The translations under genes were made by a program, and so were the position numbers. The notes under the pieces are model-generated. The model searched no databases and was not told where the DNA came from. It worked only from the letters and a program-made list of their open reading frames with translations. A stretch of 64,000 nt of DNA from NCBI GenBank assembly GCA_041937175.2, contig CP166615.1:2624001-2688000 (forward strand), read 5' to 3'. Positions 23,416 through 34,928 of the stretch are shown piece after piece; position 1 is the first letter of the stretch, and each line of letters starts with the position of its first letter. The stretch is from Limnothrix sp. BL-A-16 (GTDB lineage: Bacteria; Cyanobacteriota; Cyanobacteriia; CACIAM-69d).

Positions 23416-23992
23416 TCATATTCAGTTTCCATTAATCGTCAGTTTTGGCTGAGCTTCACCCGATTCAATGGTCGTCAAATTCGATCAGTCATCCCTGATA
23501 GTTTGCGGTTTATTTTCTATCCTAAGCATCTCCCAGCTTTTCGATCGCGCGGTCTGACCGCAACCCACAGCGTCCACTGATTCGACTCAAAGGGCTGACC
23601 ATCGAACCCATGCAACTGGCCCTGGAACGGCTAGACCTGACTCAGTTGGTCTTGGCTAAAAAGGAAGCGATCGCGCCGCTCCCCAGTCATCTGAATCCCC
23701 TTGCATCGCAGCAAAATCACGACAAAATCACAGCACAATCGCGACAAGGTTGCAGGAAACGGGTCACAGCAGCACCGAGAGCACAGGGCGAGCCTGAACG
23801 ATGACCCGATCGGGAATCGCCCGGCACGGCACAATCAAATTTCCGCCAGGGATACTGAAGACGGCAAACCCCCACCCCTTGGGTCGTAAAAGCCGATCGC
23901 GCTCGATCGCTCTCCCTGCCTACAATAGCGCTACGGTCGTGCAGCGGAGGCTGATCCCTCCCGGAGTAATTCCTGCACACCCCGAACACCCC

Positions 23993-26611
23993 ATGCAACC
24001 CACTGATCCCAATAAATTCACCACCAAGGCTTGGGAAGTTATTGCCCAAATGCCAGAAGTTGCCAAACAAAATCGCCAACAACAGCTAGAGTCAGAACAT
24101 TTACTCAAATCATTATTAGAACAAGAGGGATTAGCCACCAGTATTTTTAACAAGGCTGGGGCCCAGCCCAGTCGCTTACAAGAATTAGCGGATCAATTCT
24201 TGCAGAAACAACCCAAAATTTCCGGTGATATTGGCTCAGTTTACTTGGGACAAAGCCTGGATAAGTTGCTTGATCGGGCTGAGGCCTTTCGCAAGGAATT
24301 GGGTGATGAATACCTCTCGATCGAACACCTCGTGTTGGGGTTTGCCAAGGACGATCGATGCGGTCGCAAAATTTTTAATGAAGTGGGGCTGAATGAGGCC
24401 AAACTGCGGGAAGCAATCAAACAAGTGAGAGGCAATCAAACCGTGACCGATCGTGATCCAGAAGGGAAATATGAAGCTCTTGAAAAATATGGCCGAGACC
24501 TCACCCAATATGCCCGCCAAGGGAAGCTCGATCCAGTCATTGGCCGGGATGACGAAATTCGCCGCACGATCCAAATTTTGTCGCGTCGCACCAAAAATAA
24601 TCCTGTTTTAATTGGTGAGCCAGGGGTGGGCAAAACCGCGATCGCCGAAGGATTAGCTCAGCGCATCGTGAAAGGAGATGTGCCAGAATCCTTGCAAAAT
24701 CGCACCCTAATTGCCCTTGACATGGGCGCACTGATTGCTGGGGCCAAATATCGCGGGGAATTTGAAGAACGCCTGAAAGCGGTGCTCAAGGAAGTGACTG
24801 ATTCTGAAGGGAATATCATTCTCTTTATTGATGAAATTCACACCGTGGTAGGCGCAGGGGCAACGCAGGGGGCCATGGATGCCGGTAACCTTCTGAAACC
24901 CATGTTGGCTCGGGGTGAATTGCGCTGTATTGGAGCCACCACCCTCGATGAGTACCGCAAATATATTGAAAAAGATGCGGCATTGGAACGGCGCTTTCAA
25001 CAGGTTTATATTGACCAGCCCTCGGTGGTGGATACGATTTCAATTCTACGCGGGTTGAAGGATCGCTACGAAACCCATCACAACGTCAAGATTTCTGATA
25101 GTGCTTTGGTGGCGGCGGCCACCCTTTCTAATCGCTACATCAGCGATCGATTTTTGCCGGACAAGGCGATCGATCTAGTGGATGAAGCCGCAGCCAAGTT
25201 GAAAATGGAAGTGACCTCTAAGCCAGAGGAACTGGATGAAATCGATCGCAAGATTTTGCAACTGGAAATGGAGCGCTTGTCCTTACAAAAGGAGAGTGAT
25301 TCCGCTTCCAAGGAGCGGCTGGAACGGCTCGATCGGGAATTGGCAGACCTGAAGGAAACCCAAAGCCATTTGAACGCCCAATGGCAACAGGAAAAAGATC
25401 TGTTGGAGCAACGAAAAGCCCTCAAGGAACAGATCGATCGGGTGGAGCTGGAAATTCAGCAAGCGGAGCGAGACTATGACCTCAATCGAGCCGCTGAATT
25501 AAAGTTTGGAACCCTGAATGAACTGCATCAGCAATTGCAGACCATTGAACAGACAATTTCAACTCAGCAATCGAGCGGTCAAATTTTGCTGCGAGAAGAA
25601 GTCAGTGAATCTGACATTGCTGAAATTATTGCCAAGTGGACTGGCATTCCGGTCAGCAAACTGATTGCTTCCGAAATGGAAAAGTTGCTGCATTTGGAAG
25701 ACGAGCTACATCAGCGCGTAATTGGCCAAGATGAGGCCGTCACGGCGGTGGCCGATGCCATCCAGCGATCGCGTGCGGGGTTGGCCGATCCTAACCGCCC
25801 GATCGCCAGCTTTATCTTCTTGGGCCCCACGGGCGTGGGCAAAACTGAACTGGCTAAATCCCTGGCGGCTTATCTATTCGACACCGAAGAAGCGATGGTG
25901 CGAATTGATATGTCGGAATACATGGAAAAACATGCGGTTTCGCGTTTGGTCGGTGCGCCCCCCGGTTATGTGGGCTATGAGGAAGGCGGACAACTCACGG
26001 AAGCCATTCGTCGTCGTCCTTATTCAGTAATTCTGTTTGATGAAATCGAAAAAGCGCACCCGGATGTGTTCAACATCATGCTGCAAATTTTGGATGATGG
26101 TCGAGTGACCGATTCCCAAGGGCGCACCGTTGATTTCAAAAACAGCATCATCATTCTGACCAGTAACGTTGGCTCCCAATACATTTTGGAATTGGCGGCC
26201 GATAACAGTCGCTATGAAGAAATGCGGACGCGGGTGATGGCGGCCATGCGCGAACAATTCCGCCCAGAATTCTTAAACCGCATTGATGACATCATCATTT
26301 TCCACGGTCTCGAAAAGTCGGAATTGCGCCAAATTATCCAAATTCAAGCCCAGCGATTGGAAGCCCGTTTAGCAGAAAAGAAAATGGCCCTGAAACTGTC
26401 AGAAGCGGCGATCGACTTCTTGGCAGAAGTTGGCTACGATCCCACCTACGGCGCACGCCCCTTGAAACGAGCCGTGCAACGGGAATTGGAAACCCAAATT
26501 GCTAAGTGCATTCTGCGGGGTGAGTTCACCGAGGGTGACACGATTTGGGTTGATATTGAAAACGAGCGACTGGCTTTCAAGCGGCTGACGGCGGATTTGG
26601 TGGCACTCTAG
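23993..26611 (+). CDS. clpB: ATP-dependent chaperone ClpB
   Basis: Two Walker A motifs ([16 protein letters not shown]), long coiled-coil M domain; start set at [10 protein letters not shown]. Confidence 0.96.
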   Translation: MQPTDPNKFTTKAWEVIAQMPEVAKQNRQQQLESEHLLKSLLEQEGLATSIFNKAGAQPSRLQELADQFLQKQPKISGDIGSVYLGQSLDKLLDRAEAFRKELGDEYLSIEHLVLGFAKDDRCGRKIFNEVGLNEAKLREAIKQVRGNQTVTDRDPEGKYEALEKYGRDLTQYARQGKLDPVIGRDDEIRRTIQILSRRTKNNPVLIGEPGVGKTAIAEGLAQRIVKGDVPESLQNRTLIALDMGALIAGAKYRGEFEERLKAVLKEVTDSEGNIILFIDEIHTVVGAGATQGAMDAGNLLKPMLARGELRCIGATTLDEYRKYIEKDAALERRFQQVYIDQPSVVDTISILRGLKDRYETHHNVKISDSALVAAATLSNRYISDRFLPDKAIDLVDEAAAKLKMEVTSKPEELDEIDRKILQLEMERLSLQKESDSASKERLERLDRELADLKETQSHLNAQWQQEKDLLEQRKALKEQIDRVELEIQQAERDYDLNRAAELKFGTLNELHQQLQTIEQTISTQQSSGQILLREEVSESDIAEIIAKWTGIPVSKLIASEMEKLLHLEDELHQRVIGQDEAVTAVADAIQRSRAGLADPNRPIASFIFLGPTGVGKTELAKSLAAYLFDTEEAMVRIDMSEYMEKHAVSRLVGAPPGYVGYEEGGQLTEAIRRRPYSVILFDEIEKAHPDVFNIMLQILDDGRVTDSQGRTVDFKNSIIILTSNVGSQYILELAADNSRYEEMRTRVMAAMREQFRPEFLNRIDDIIIFHGLEKSELRQIIQIQAQRLEARLAEKKMALKLSEAAIDFLAEVGYDPTYGARPLKRAVQRELETQIAKCILRGEFTEGDTIWVDIENERLAFKRLTADLVAL

Positions 26612-26872
26612 GCTAGGCAACGGCGATCGCCCATGGCTCTCGATCGTGCTGAGTTGACCAAAATCGCCTAAAGTTCAAGGCCAATGGGAAATTTCCGAGT
26701 CGCATGGGTCGATCGCTCCTAGGTTGCAATTGGTGCGATCGACCCCCATCCTTTGCGGATCTCAACAACCGATCCTGGAAGGAACAGTTCAACAAGGGGC
26801 ATTGACTCAAAAAGGGGCATCGATGGTGCAATTACAGATGAGTTCAGGTTTCTATGGGATGCGCCCATTGTC

Positions 26873-27442
26873 ATGGTTGAACTCCTAGCGGTGCTGGCAG
26901 CTTCGGCGGCGGGAGGGATGCGCATTGCCCTGCCGCTGTTGTTAATTGGCCTCTTGCAGGGCGATCGCCTCTGGTCACGGGTGCCGCTGCTGTCGCAACT
27001 GTCGCCGCAATGGGTGCTGGGGGTGCTGGTTAGTTGGTCGTTGTTTGAGCTGTTTGCTTCCAAAAAACTTCTGGGGCAACGAATTTTGCAGTTGGTGCAA
27101 TTGGTGTTCAGTCCCTTGGCTGGGGCCGTGATGGGAATGGCGATCGCCCAAGCAGCCGATCGTACGGATCAAATCACCGTGCTGTTGGGAATTGTGGGAG
27201 GACTGCTAGCCCTAGTCTTGCAACTGGTGCAGGTGGGCTGGTTTTTTCGATTAGGAGGGCTGCCCCTTTGGGCAATTTTCACCCAAGATGCCCTCTGCAT
27301 TTTTTTGGTGCTATTTGCCTTTGATGCACCCACCCAAGGGGGAACAATCGCCCTGATGCTTCTGTGGCTAGCGATTCGCAGTTCCAAGGCCTGGTATTTC
27401 CATTACCAAGAACAACCGAATTCGTCGTTTCCCAGAACTTAG
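26873..27442 (+). CDS. Multi-TM membrane protein (DUF4126-like)
   Basis: Hydrophobic ORF with ASAAGGMRIALPLL pattern; family recalled, not searched; start set at ATG 26873. Confidence 0.6.
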   Translation: MVELLAVLAASAAGGMRIALPLLLIGLLQGDRLWSRVPLLSQLSPQWVLGVLVSWSLFELFASKKLLGQRILQLVQLVFSPLAGAVMGMAIAQAADRTDQITVLLGIVGGLLALVLQLVQVGWFFRLGGLPLWAIFTQDALCIFLVLFAFDAPTQGGTIALMLLWLAIRSSKAWYFHYQEQPNSSFPRT

Positions 27443-27465
27443 GAATGAAAACGATCGATCAACTG

Positions 27466-28062
27466 CTAATCAACTGCTAACCAATCAAAGAGCTGACCCA
27501 GCGTGAGTTGAAATTCAGTCGCAAACTCGGGCACAGGTAAGCGATCATTTGCATCCCGAAAAACTGAAACTCGACAATCATGATTAATGGTGAAAACCAT
27601 ATTTCGGGCAGGATCAATCAGCCAGCCCATTTGAGTTCCATGCTGGGCACAATGCAGTAGCTTATCAATAATGCCCAGGCTTTCTTGCTTGGGTGACAAA
27701 ATTTCGATCGCCCAGTCTGGCGCTTCGGTAATTGGGTGAGAAACTAATCGATTGTTAGTGTCGCGCGGGATTCGATCCCAGGTTAAAACCACCAAGTCTG
27801 GCACAATTGCTCGATCGCCAAAGGTACATCGTAACTCAGAAAAGGCACGGGCAACTTTGCGAGCTTTCAAGGCTGCATTGATGGCTGCACCCAAGTCCAT
27901 TTGCAGTGCACTATGCTCAATTTGCGGCATTGGTTTTTGAATGATTTTGCCGTTAATGAATTCACTGGCCGGCTGGGTATCGGGCAGGGCCAAAAACTGG
28001 TTCAGGTCGATCGCCTCTGGGGCTAATTCCACAGCGGCCGGGACGCTTAGGCTAACGGTCAT
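27466..28062 (-). CDS. Uma2-family (PD-(D/E)xK-like) endonuclease, copy 1
   Basis: EFINGKIIQKPMP..EHS, VPDL, PDWAIEILSP, GWLIDP. Confidence 0.9.
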   Translation of the reverse strand: MTVSLSVPAAVELAPEAIDLNQFLALPDTQPASEFINGKIIQKPMPQIEHSALQMDLGAAINAALKARKVARAFSELRCTFGDRAIVPDLVVLTWDRIPRDTNNRLVSHPITEAPDWAIEILSPKQESLGIIDKLLHCAQHGTQMGWLIDPARNMVFTINHDCRVSVFRDANDRLPVPEFATEFQLTLGQLFDWLAVD

Positions 28063-28155
28063 TTACCCATCCTCCAAAACCAATTCAGTGGACTGTCAAT
28101 TCTTGGGAAGAGAACTTTTAATTTATTAGAAAAATTAGTCAAGCAATCTCAGATA

Positions 28156-28752
28156 TTAGTCAATTGCTAACCAATCAAATAATTGACCTAGCGTCAGTTG
28201 AAAATCAACTGCAAACTCAGGAACAGGAAGAACATGGCTCATATCCTGAGCGACTGAGATCTGGCAATCACCGTTAATTAGTAAAATACCATTTTGAGCG
28301 GGGTCAATCAGCCAGCCCATTTGAGTTCCATGCTGGGCACAATGCAGTAGCTTATCAATAATACCCAAGCTCTCTTGCTTGGGTGACAAAATCTCGATCG
28401 CCCAGTCTGGCGGGATTAAAAATTGATTGGCAACCCGACCCGTTTTTGGGTTTCGGGGAATTCGTTCCCACTGGAAAACTGATAAGTCCGGAACAATTGC
28501 TCGATCGCCAAAGGTACAGCGCAATTCTGTATAAGCCCGGGCAATTTTTCGCTGTTTGAGCACGGCGTTAATCGCTGCTACTAAGTCTGCTTGTAGGGTG
28601 CTGTGTTCTCCTTGGGGCATTGGTTTTTGAATGATTTTGCCGTTAATGAATTCACTGGCCGGCTGGGTATCGGGCAGGGCCAAAAACTGGTTCAGGTCGA
28701 TCGCCTCTGGGGCTGACTCAGTAGCAGCCGGAGCGCTTAGGCTAGCGGTCAT
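28156..28752 (-). CDS. Uma2-family endonuclease, copy 2 (tandem paralog)
   Basis: Same motifs; 690-bp offset from copy 1; start set at ATG 28752 by alignment. Confidence 0.9.
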   Translation of the reverse strand: MTASLSAPAATESAPEAIDLNQFLALPDTQPASEFINGKIIQKPMPQGEHSTLQADLVAAINAVLKQRKIARAYTELRCTFGDRAIVPDLSVFQWERIPRNPKTGRVANQFLIPPDWAIEILSPKQESLGIIDKLLHCAQHGTQMGWLIDPAQNGILLINGDCQISVAQDMSHVLPVPEFAVDFQLTLGQLFDWLAID

Positions 28753-28820
28753 TTCCCCATCCTCCAAAAACAATGCAGTGGGCTATCCCTTCCCAGGATA
28801 GCGACTGGTTTTGACCAAAT

Positions 28821-29243
28821 TCAAATCCGTTGTTCATCTAGCCAGCGTTGCAAAATTGCCGCCGCCGCATAGCGATCGATGCTGCCCTTGTCCCGCGAAG
28901 GCTGGAGGCCGCGCGATCGCAACAGTTCCTCCGCTTCCACCGAACTCAGTCGCTCATCCACCAACACAAACGGCAGCCCGATCGCTGTGGCATAACGCTT
29001 GGCCCACTTGCGAGCATGGCGGGTTTGGGCACTGTCTTCGCCGTCCATCGTCAGGGGTAACCCGGCCACCAGTACCGTGGCCTGGCGCTCCTGGGCGATC
29101 GCTTGCAGGGCCACCACATCCTGCTCAAAAGATTGCCGCTCGATCGTGGCGATCGGGCTGGCGATTAACCCCAGGCGATCGCACCCCGCCACCCCAATTC
29201 GTTTGCGCCCAATATCCAGGGCGATCGCGGCCACTTCTGCCAT
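28821..29243 (-). CDS. ruvX: YqgF/RuvX nuclease (putative pre-16S rRNA nuclease)
   Basis: ALDIGRKRIGVA, VAGLP, VDERLSS, IDRYAAAAILQ. Confidence 0.93.
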   Translation of the reverse strand: MAEVAAIALDIGRKRIGVAGCDRLGLIASPIATIERQSFEQDVVALQAIAQERQATVLVAGLPLTMDGEDSAQTRHARKWAKRYATAIGLPFVLVDERLSSVEAEELLRSRGLQPSRDKGSIDRYAAAAILQRWLDEQRI

Positions 29244-29352
29244 GGTTGTTCTCGGTCGCCTATGCCTTTCAATTGCCCCGAAATATCAAAACCGATCCAA
29301 AAACTGATCTAAAAACTAATCTCAAGCACTAGCTGATTGATTAGCACTTGTC

Positions 29353-29994
29353 CTAAAAATCATCGAAGTCATCATCTTCTGTTTCTGGCTCGATCGGCGT
29401 GTTCACAATCTCTTGCCACAGGTCGATCGCCGCCTGACTGGCATTCACCTGCTGGAGCCGATCAAGCACTAAACCAGATGAGGTTTTTAGCTCAGGAAAT
29501 TGTAATAACAACATGGCCAAATCACGCCAATCCGTACCCGCTTTAGGCTTGCCGCGTCGTTGTTGATAGGTAATGACTTTGCTAGCAATTAACGCCACCG
29601 GAGCCATCACTAATATGCCTTCAATGGTCTGACTGGGCGGTAATTGATCTACTTGGCGAATATCGAGTAAATGTCGGTTGCCCGATCGCTGAATTTGATA
29701 AACCCGATAGCCCAGGGAATCTTTAACCGATCGCACCCGCACCGCAATATAAAACGTTTCGCTTAAATAAACCTGAATCGCTGCAGCCAGTGACTCAGCT
29801 TCCAGTGCCAGGAGATCAATATCCTGAGTCATGCGCGGTTCACCCACATAGGCATTCACCGCCTGGGCACCGAAAATCACAACATCGGTGCGATCGCGCA
29901 AGAATTCAAAAACCGCATTGTGCAATGTAGCGAGGGGCAATGCTTCGCGATTCATAAATTCTTGAAAACTGAGAGCGTCAGCACTGAGCACCAT
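29353..29994 (-). CDS. Pol-beta-superfamily nucleotidyltransferase-like protein (AbiEii/MenT-like)
   Basis: IFGAQAVNAY...RMTQDIDL motif; later LIASK...TDWRDL; start uncertain. Confidence 0.65.
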   Translation of the reverse strand: MVLSADALSFQEFMNREALPLATLHNAVFEFLRDRTDVVIFGAQAVNAYVGEPRMTQDIDLLALEAESLAAAIQVYLSETFYIAVRVRSVKDSLGYRVYQIQRSGNRHLLDIRQVDQLPPSQTIEGILVMAPVALIASKVITYQQRRGKPKAGTDWRDLAMLLLQFPELKTSSGLVLDRLQQVNASQAAIDLWQEIVNTPIEPETEDDDFDDF

Positions 29995-30088
29995 AGGAAT
30001 AATTGGGGCAACTTGTGCAATTAATGACGGGAGTAACCTGTACTTCCATCTAAGCACAAGTTCTATAGTGCTTGGTTCAATGGCTCTC

Positions 30089-30122
30089 AAACAAATCGGG
30101 GCAGGCCCAGCCCACCCCGATT
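30089..30122 (-). terminator. Probable intrinsic terminator after dedA
   Basis: Minus strand AATCGGGGTGGGC-TGG-GCCTGCCCCGATT followed by TGTTT. Confidence 0.55.
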
Positions 30123-30151
30123 CACCTAATTATTATTTTGGCAGTCATCTC

Positions 30152-30176
30152 GTAGGGGCGTAACGCCTTACGCCCT
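30152..30176 (+). repeat. GTAG-type REP-like hairpin
   Basis: GTAG + GGGCGTAA-CGCC-TTACGCCC. Confidence 0.5.
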
Positions 30177-30204
30177 CCGCCAGCTTCTCGGTTTCGCCCG
30201 TGTT

Positions 30205-30828
30205 TTACCCGTTGCCCTTGTTGCGCAAATCCAGGTTTTTCTTAACCAGCCAAGCTGCAAAGGCCAACACCAAAATTCCCAAGACAATCTTAGAAACTGG
30301 GGCAAGATATTCATCCACCAGCTCATAGTTAGCCCCGAGTTTATAGCCCAGGGTGGTGAGGGCCGTTGTCCAAATAATTGTCCCGATCGTTGTATAGATC
30401 GTGAAAGGGACGATCGGCATTCCCTCAATGCCCGCCGGGAGCGAAATTAAAGTCCGAATGCCCGGAACCATCCGGCCCAAGAGCACCGCCTTAGCACCAT
30501 GCTTTTGGAACCAGTTTTTGGATTTACCGACATCTTCACCGGAAATGCCGATCCATTTGAAGTATTTGTCAGCCCAACGCTCTAGGCGCTCTTCGTTGAC
30601 CAGTTTGCCAATGTAGTACCAGGGATAGGCTCCCAAAACCGTACCGATTACACCCGCTGCGATCGCTGGGATTAGCTCCAAATTATTATTTGGTTGAGAA
30701 GCCGTAAACCCCGCCAAGGGCATAATTAATTCGGAAGGAATCGGCGGAAATAGATTTTCCAAAAACATCAGGAACCCAATGCCGAAATAGCCCAGGGAAC
30801 CAATAATTTCAACAATCCACTCTTTCAT
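30205..30828 (-). CDS. DedA-family membrane protein
   Basis: LENLFPPIPSELIMPLAG; GRMVPGIRTLISLPAG; start set at MKEWIV. Confidence 0.92.
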   Translation of the reverse strand: MKEWIVEIIGSLGYFGIGFLMFLENLFPPIPSELIMPLAGFTASQPNNNLELIPAIAAGVIGTVLGAYPWYYIGKLVNEERLERWADKYFKWIGISGEDVGKSKNWFQKHGAKAVLLGRMVPGIRTLISLPAGIEGMPIVPFTIYTTIGTIIWTTALTTLGYKLGANYELVDEYLAPVSKIVLGILVLAFAAWLVKKNLDLRNKGNG

Positions 30829-30911
30829 AGAAAGCAAGAATAACGCGGTGAACAAAATCGGTGAATTGGGTGCGTGGTGACGATATCAGGCATCTAACCC
30901 CGAGGGCAAGA

Positions 30912-30931
30912 CAAGGGGCTTAAGCCCCTTG
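30912..30931. repeat. Stand-alone dispersed palindrome CAAGGGGCTTAAGCCCCTTG
   Basis: Perfect 20-bp palindrome; same motif inside the MITEs and at 57377. Confidence 0.85.
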
Positions 30932-30966
30932 CCCCACACTAGGGATTAGGGTTCAGGCGGTGGCGA

Positions 30967-32271
<1,305 letters not shown>

Positions 32272-32361
32272 TTACTTGAATCGTTGAGGGGGGAGGGGCA
32301 GGTAGCTTGGGCGATCGACCGGATCACATCCGGCTGAGGGGAGATCGTTAGCCTCTTGCAG

Positions 32362-32668
32362 GTCAACTCAATCAGTGTATCAACTTCGTAACCTTGTGAC
32401 CGGTTGCCAGGGTTTAGGATCGCCCTCAGAGCGCGGAAAACAAGCTAAAGCTGCTGAAATGGAGGCCCAAATGGCAACAGCAGTGGCGATCGAACCACTG
32501 ACGCTCCATGATCTCGAACAGCGGTTTGGTCTCCAGCGCAGTGCTGATCCAGATTTCTTTCGAGAATGGCGCGATCGGTTGCCGGAGTTGGGGGCGATCA
32601 AGCGCGATCGGCGGCAACGAATCCAAGCCAGCTATGCGAACTTAGCGCGGCGATCGGTGCTCGAAAAT
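32362..32668 (+). repeat. Direct repeat copy 1 (left boundary of the cobalamin island)
   Basis: Manual alignment with 45787-46092: about 23 mismatches and 1 gap over 307 bp. Confidence 0.95.
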
Positions 32669-32728
32669 CCGATCAAAAATTTTGAACCGTATACGGTTCA
32701 AAAAGAGTCTGGATCGCCTCCTGGGTAG
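32471..32728 (+). pseudogene. Truncated 5' fragment of a cyanobacterial short 'type I restriction endonuclease subunit R'-like gene
   Basis: GGAGG SD; MATAVAIEPLTLHDLEQRFGLQ...FFREWRDRLPEL...VLEN; similarity is lost after ~68 codons; family recalled, not searched. Confidence 0.65.
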
Positions 32729-32739
32729 CAACAGTCTGA

Positions 32740-32870
32740 GAGGATGTCTGAAAAGCCAAAATCGATACTCTGCACGCCTCATCGATCGACGAAGACAAGA
32801 GGCTTAAGCCCCTTGCCCCCACGACTATTGGTGCATTGCCCGTGCCAAAAGACACTTTTCAGACATCCTC
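32740..32870 (+). mobile_element. MITE, 131 bp
   Basis: Perfect 16-bp TIRs GAGGATGTCTGAAAAG / CTTTTCAGACATCCTC, TGA on both sides (3-bp TSD); homologous copies elsewhere in window. Confidence 0.9.
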
Positions 32871-32890
32871 TGAGACCATCCTGCTTAGTT

Positions 32891-33982
32891 TCATTTATTT
32901 TGAATCCAGGCATGGCTCAATTGAGTAGTGGTCTCATCTTGCGCAATCACCTGTCCCTGACGGTTAATCAAAATAGTTCCAATCTTGAGGAGAACATTTC
33001 CATACTTTTTCACATAGGCTTGAGCTTTCTGAGAAATGGTTGTGGCTAATACTTGAAACACGCGATCGGCTAATTTGAGTTCCACTAAACTTTTATAAGC
33101 ATCATCTGCCGTCTTGGCTTCCAACACGGTCTCTATGGCGGATAGACCACCACCCGTACGGGCAACCGCTGCACTAATGATTTCCAATTTGGCATCAGCA
33201 AGGTGACTAGAAGTATTAAAAATACCGCCTGCCAGCTTCACCAACTTTCCTTGATAGCCCAGCAGGATGACTGATTCTGCACCATGCAAAGCCGCTTCGA
33301 TGAGTAATGCACCCACCCAATTGCCCGTTTGGACAATAGCGGTTTCTGGAAAACCCATTTGTTGGGCAACGTGGATCCCATGACTGCCAATGCAGAAAAC
33401 CAAGTTAGTGTGTAATTTCACCTTGGCTTGCAAAATCTGACGCAGATCTTCTAAGTGATCTTCAGCAGAAAGGGGCTGAGCAATACCACTTGTGCCCAGT
33501 AATGACAGTCCTTCCAAAACCCCGAAGGCTTCATTGGACGTTCGTTGAGCCAGTTGCCGACCTTCAGGCATGATGATGGATACCGTGACGCTTTGATCGG
33601 CAGCAATCAACGGTAGCAGGTTAGCTTCAAACAAACGGCGAGCATACCGGTAGATGGCTGGATCCCCGGATGCGGTTTTGCCAATCCCTTCTCCAGCCTC
33701 TAAAATCAGTTGCTCAGCTTGGCGAGGTTGAAGTTTAATCCAAGCCCAAATGGGCGTATTGCGAGTTAAATCTAAATTGTCACCAGGATCGCTGATGGTA
33801 ATTGCCAGGGCGCTGCTGATGTCTAGGTGAGCGACTTGCTGAATGGGAATGGTTGCTTCGCCGGGCAACAAATCCAGAGCAACGGTTTGTAAGGGATCAG
33901 GGCGGTTGTATTGGAGATGAAGCAACGCGGCTTTGGCGGCGGCAACTGCAAATACAGGCAGGGTGTAACCGGAACGGGCCAT
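32891..33982 (-). CDS. cbiD: Cobalt-precorrin-5B C1-methyltransferase
   Basis: RSGYTLPVFAVAAAKAAL, SDPGDNLDLT, RTSNEAFGVLEGLSLLGTSG, GKLVKLAGGIFNTSS. Confidence 0.93.
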   Translation of the reverse strand: MARSGYTLPVFAVAAAKAALLHLQYNRPDPLQTVALDLLPGEATIPIQQVAHLDISSALAITISDPGDNLDLTRNTPIWAWIKLQPRQAEQLILEAGEGIGKTASGDPAIYRYARRLFEANLLPLIAADQSVTVSIIMPEGRQLAQRTSNEAFGVLEGLSLLGTSGIAQPLSAEDHLEDLRQILQAKVKLHTNLVFCIGSHGIHVAQQMGFPETAIVQTGNWVGALLIEAALHGAESVILLGYQGKLVKLAGGIFNTSSHLADAKLEIISAAVARTGGGLSAIETVLEAKTADDAYKSLVELKLADRVFQVLATTISQKAQAYVKKYGNVLLKIGTILINRQGQVIAQDETTTQLSHAWIQNK

Positions 33983-34041
33983 TGAGGTGAAGAACTTGAG
34001 ACGATCGGGAATGGACTAAGACAGAAGCAGCAGGGTGAAAC

Positions 34042-34803
34042 ATGCACGATCGCAAGCGAGTGCTGATCTTGGGCGGAACCGGAGACGCAACCGCATTGGC
34101 GGCTCGGATCGCCGAAATCCCTAAAGTGGAAGTTATCACATCGCTGGCAGGGCGAACTCGTCAGCCCCTAGTGACATCCGCAAACACCCGAATTGGCGGA
34201 TTTGGCGGTGTGGCAGGACTCACAGACTACTTGCGAGAACAGCAAATTGATGGGCTGATTGATGCAACTCATCCCTTCGCGGCTCAAATTTCCTTCCACG
34301 CGGCGGCGGCCGCCACCGAGGTTGGCATTCCCCGCTTACTGTTGATGCGTCCGGCCTGGGAACGGGCAGAGGGCGATCGCTGGATTGAAGTGGACGGTCA
34401 TGAGGCTGCTGTCACAAACCTGCCGGGCCTCGCTGAGCGCATTTTTCTGACGATCGGGCGGCAAGAGCTGGCCGTTTTTGCTGCTTTGAAAGATCTTTGG
34501 TTCCTGATGCGGATGATTGATCCGCCTGGGCCAGATGCGGTAGTTCCTCCTGGAAAACTGCTCCTGGAACGAGGCCCGTTTTCATTAGAAAATGAGCGAT
34601 CGATCCTGCAGCAGTACGACATTGGAGCGATCGTCAGCAAAAATAGTGGTGGGGATGCTACCTACGCCAAAATTATTGCGGCCCGGGAGCTAGGAATTCC
34701 GGTGGTGATGATCCAACGTCCACTGATTCCGCCAGGAGACAGCGTGACGGAGATTGAGAGTGCTTTAGCGTGGCTCAAAAAGACATTGACACTCCACGCC
34801 TAA
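34042..34803 (+). CDS. cobK: (Cobalt-)precorrin-6A reductase CobK/CbiJ
   Basis: LILGGT, GGFGG, IDATHPFA, RGPF, VSKNSGG. Confidence 0.95.
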   Translation: MHDRKRVLILGGTGDATALAARIAEIPKVEVITSLAGRTRQPLVTSANTRIGGFGGVAGLTDYLREQQIDGLIDATHPFAAQISFHAAAAATEVGIPRLLLMRPAWERAEGDRWIEVDGHEAAVTNLPGLAERIFLTIGRQELAVFAALKDLWFLMRMIDPPGPDAVVPPGKLLLERGPFSLENERSILQQYDIGAIVSKNSGGDATYAKIIAARELGIPVVMIQRPLIPPGDSVTEIESALAWLKKTLTLHA

Positions 34804-34928
34804 CGCCGTTGATTGATCCCATACCTGATACTCCATGCTTGCCGGACGACACACCGCTTATCGGTGGATGCCCATCAGTTATTTGCAGCTATTTGCAGCC
34901 TTGGTGCAGATTCATGGTTATCAATGGG

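Noticed and set aside
23801..23992. N-terminal extensions in the ORF track for clpB (also panB, ddl, rplE, rpmE)
   Set aside because: Family-typical N-termini and SD sites point to downstream starts.
32744..33049. ORF starting in the MITE TIR (MSEKPK...)
   Set aside because: The ATG comes from the TIR, the ORF runs antisense into cbiD, and it has no transposase motifs.
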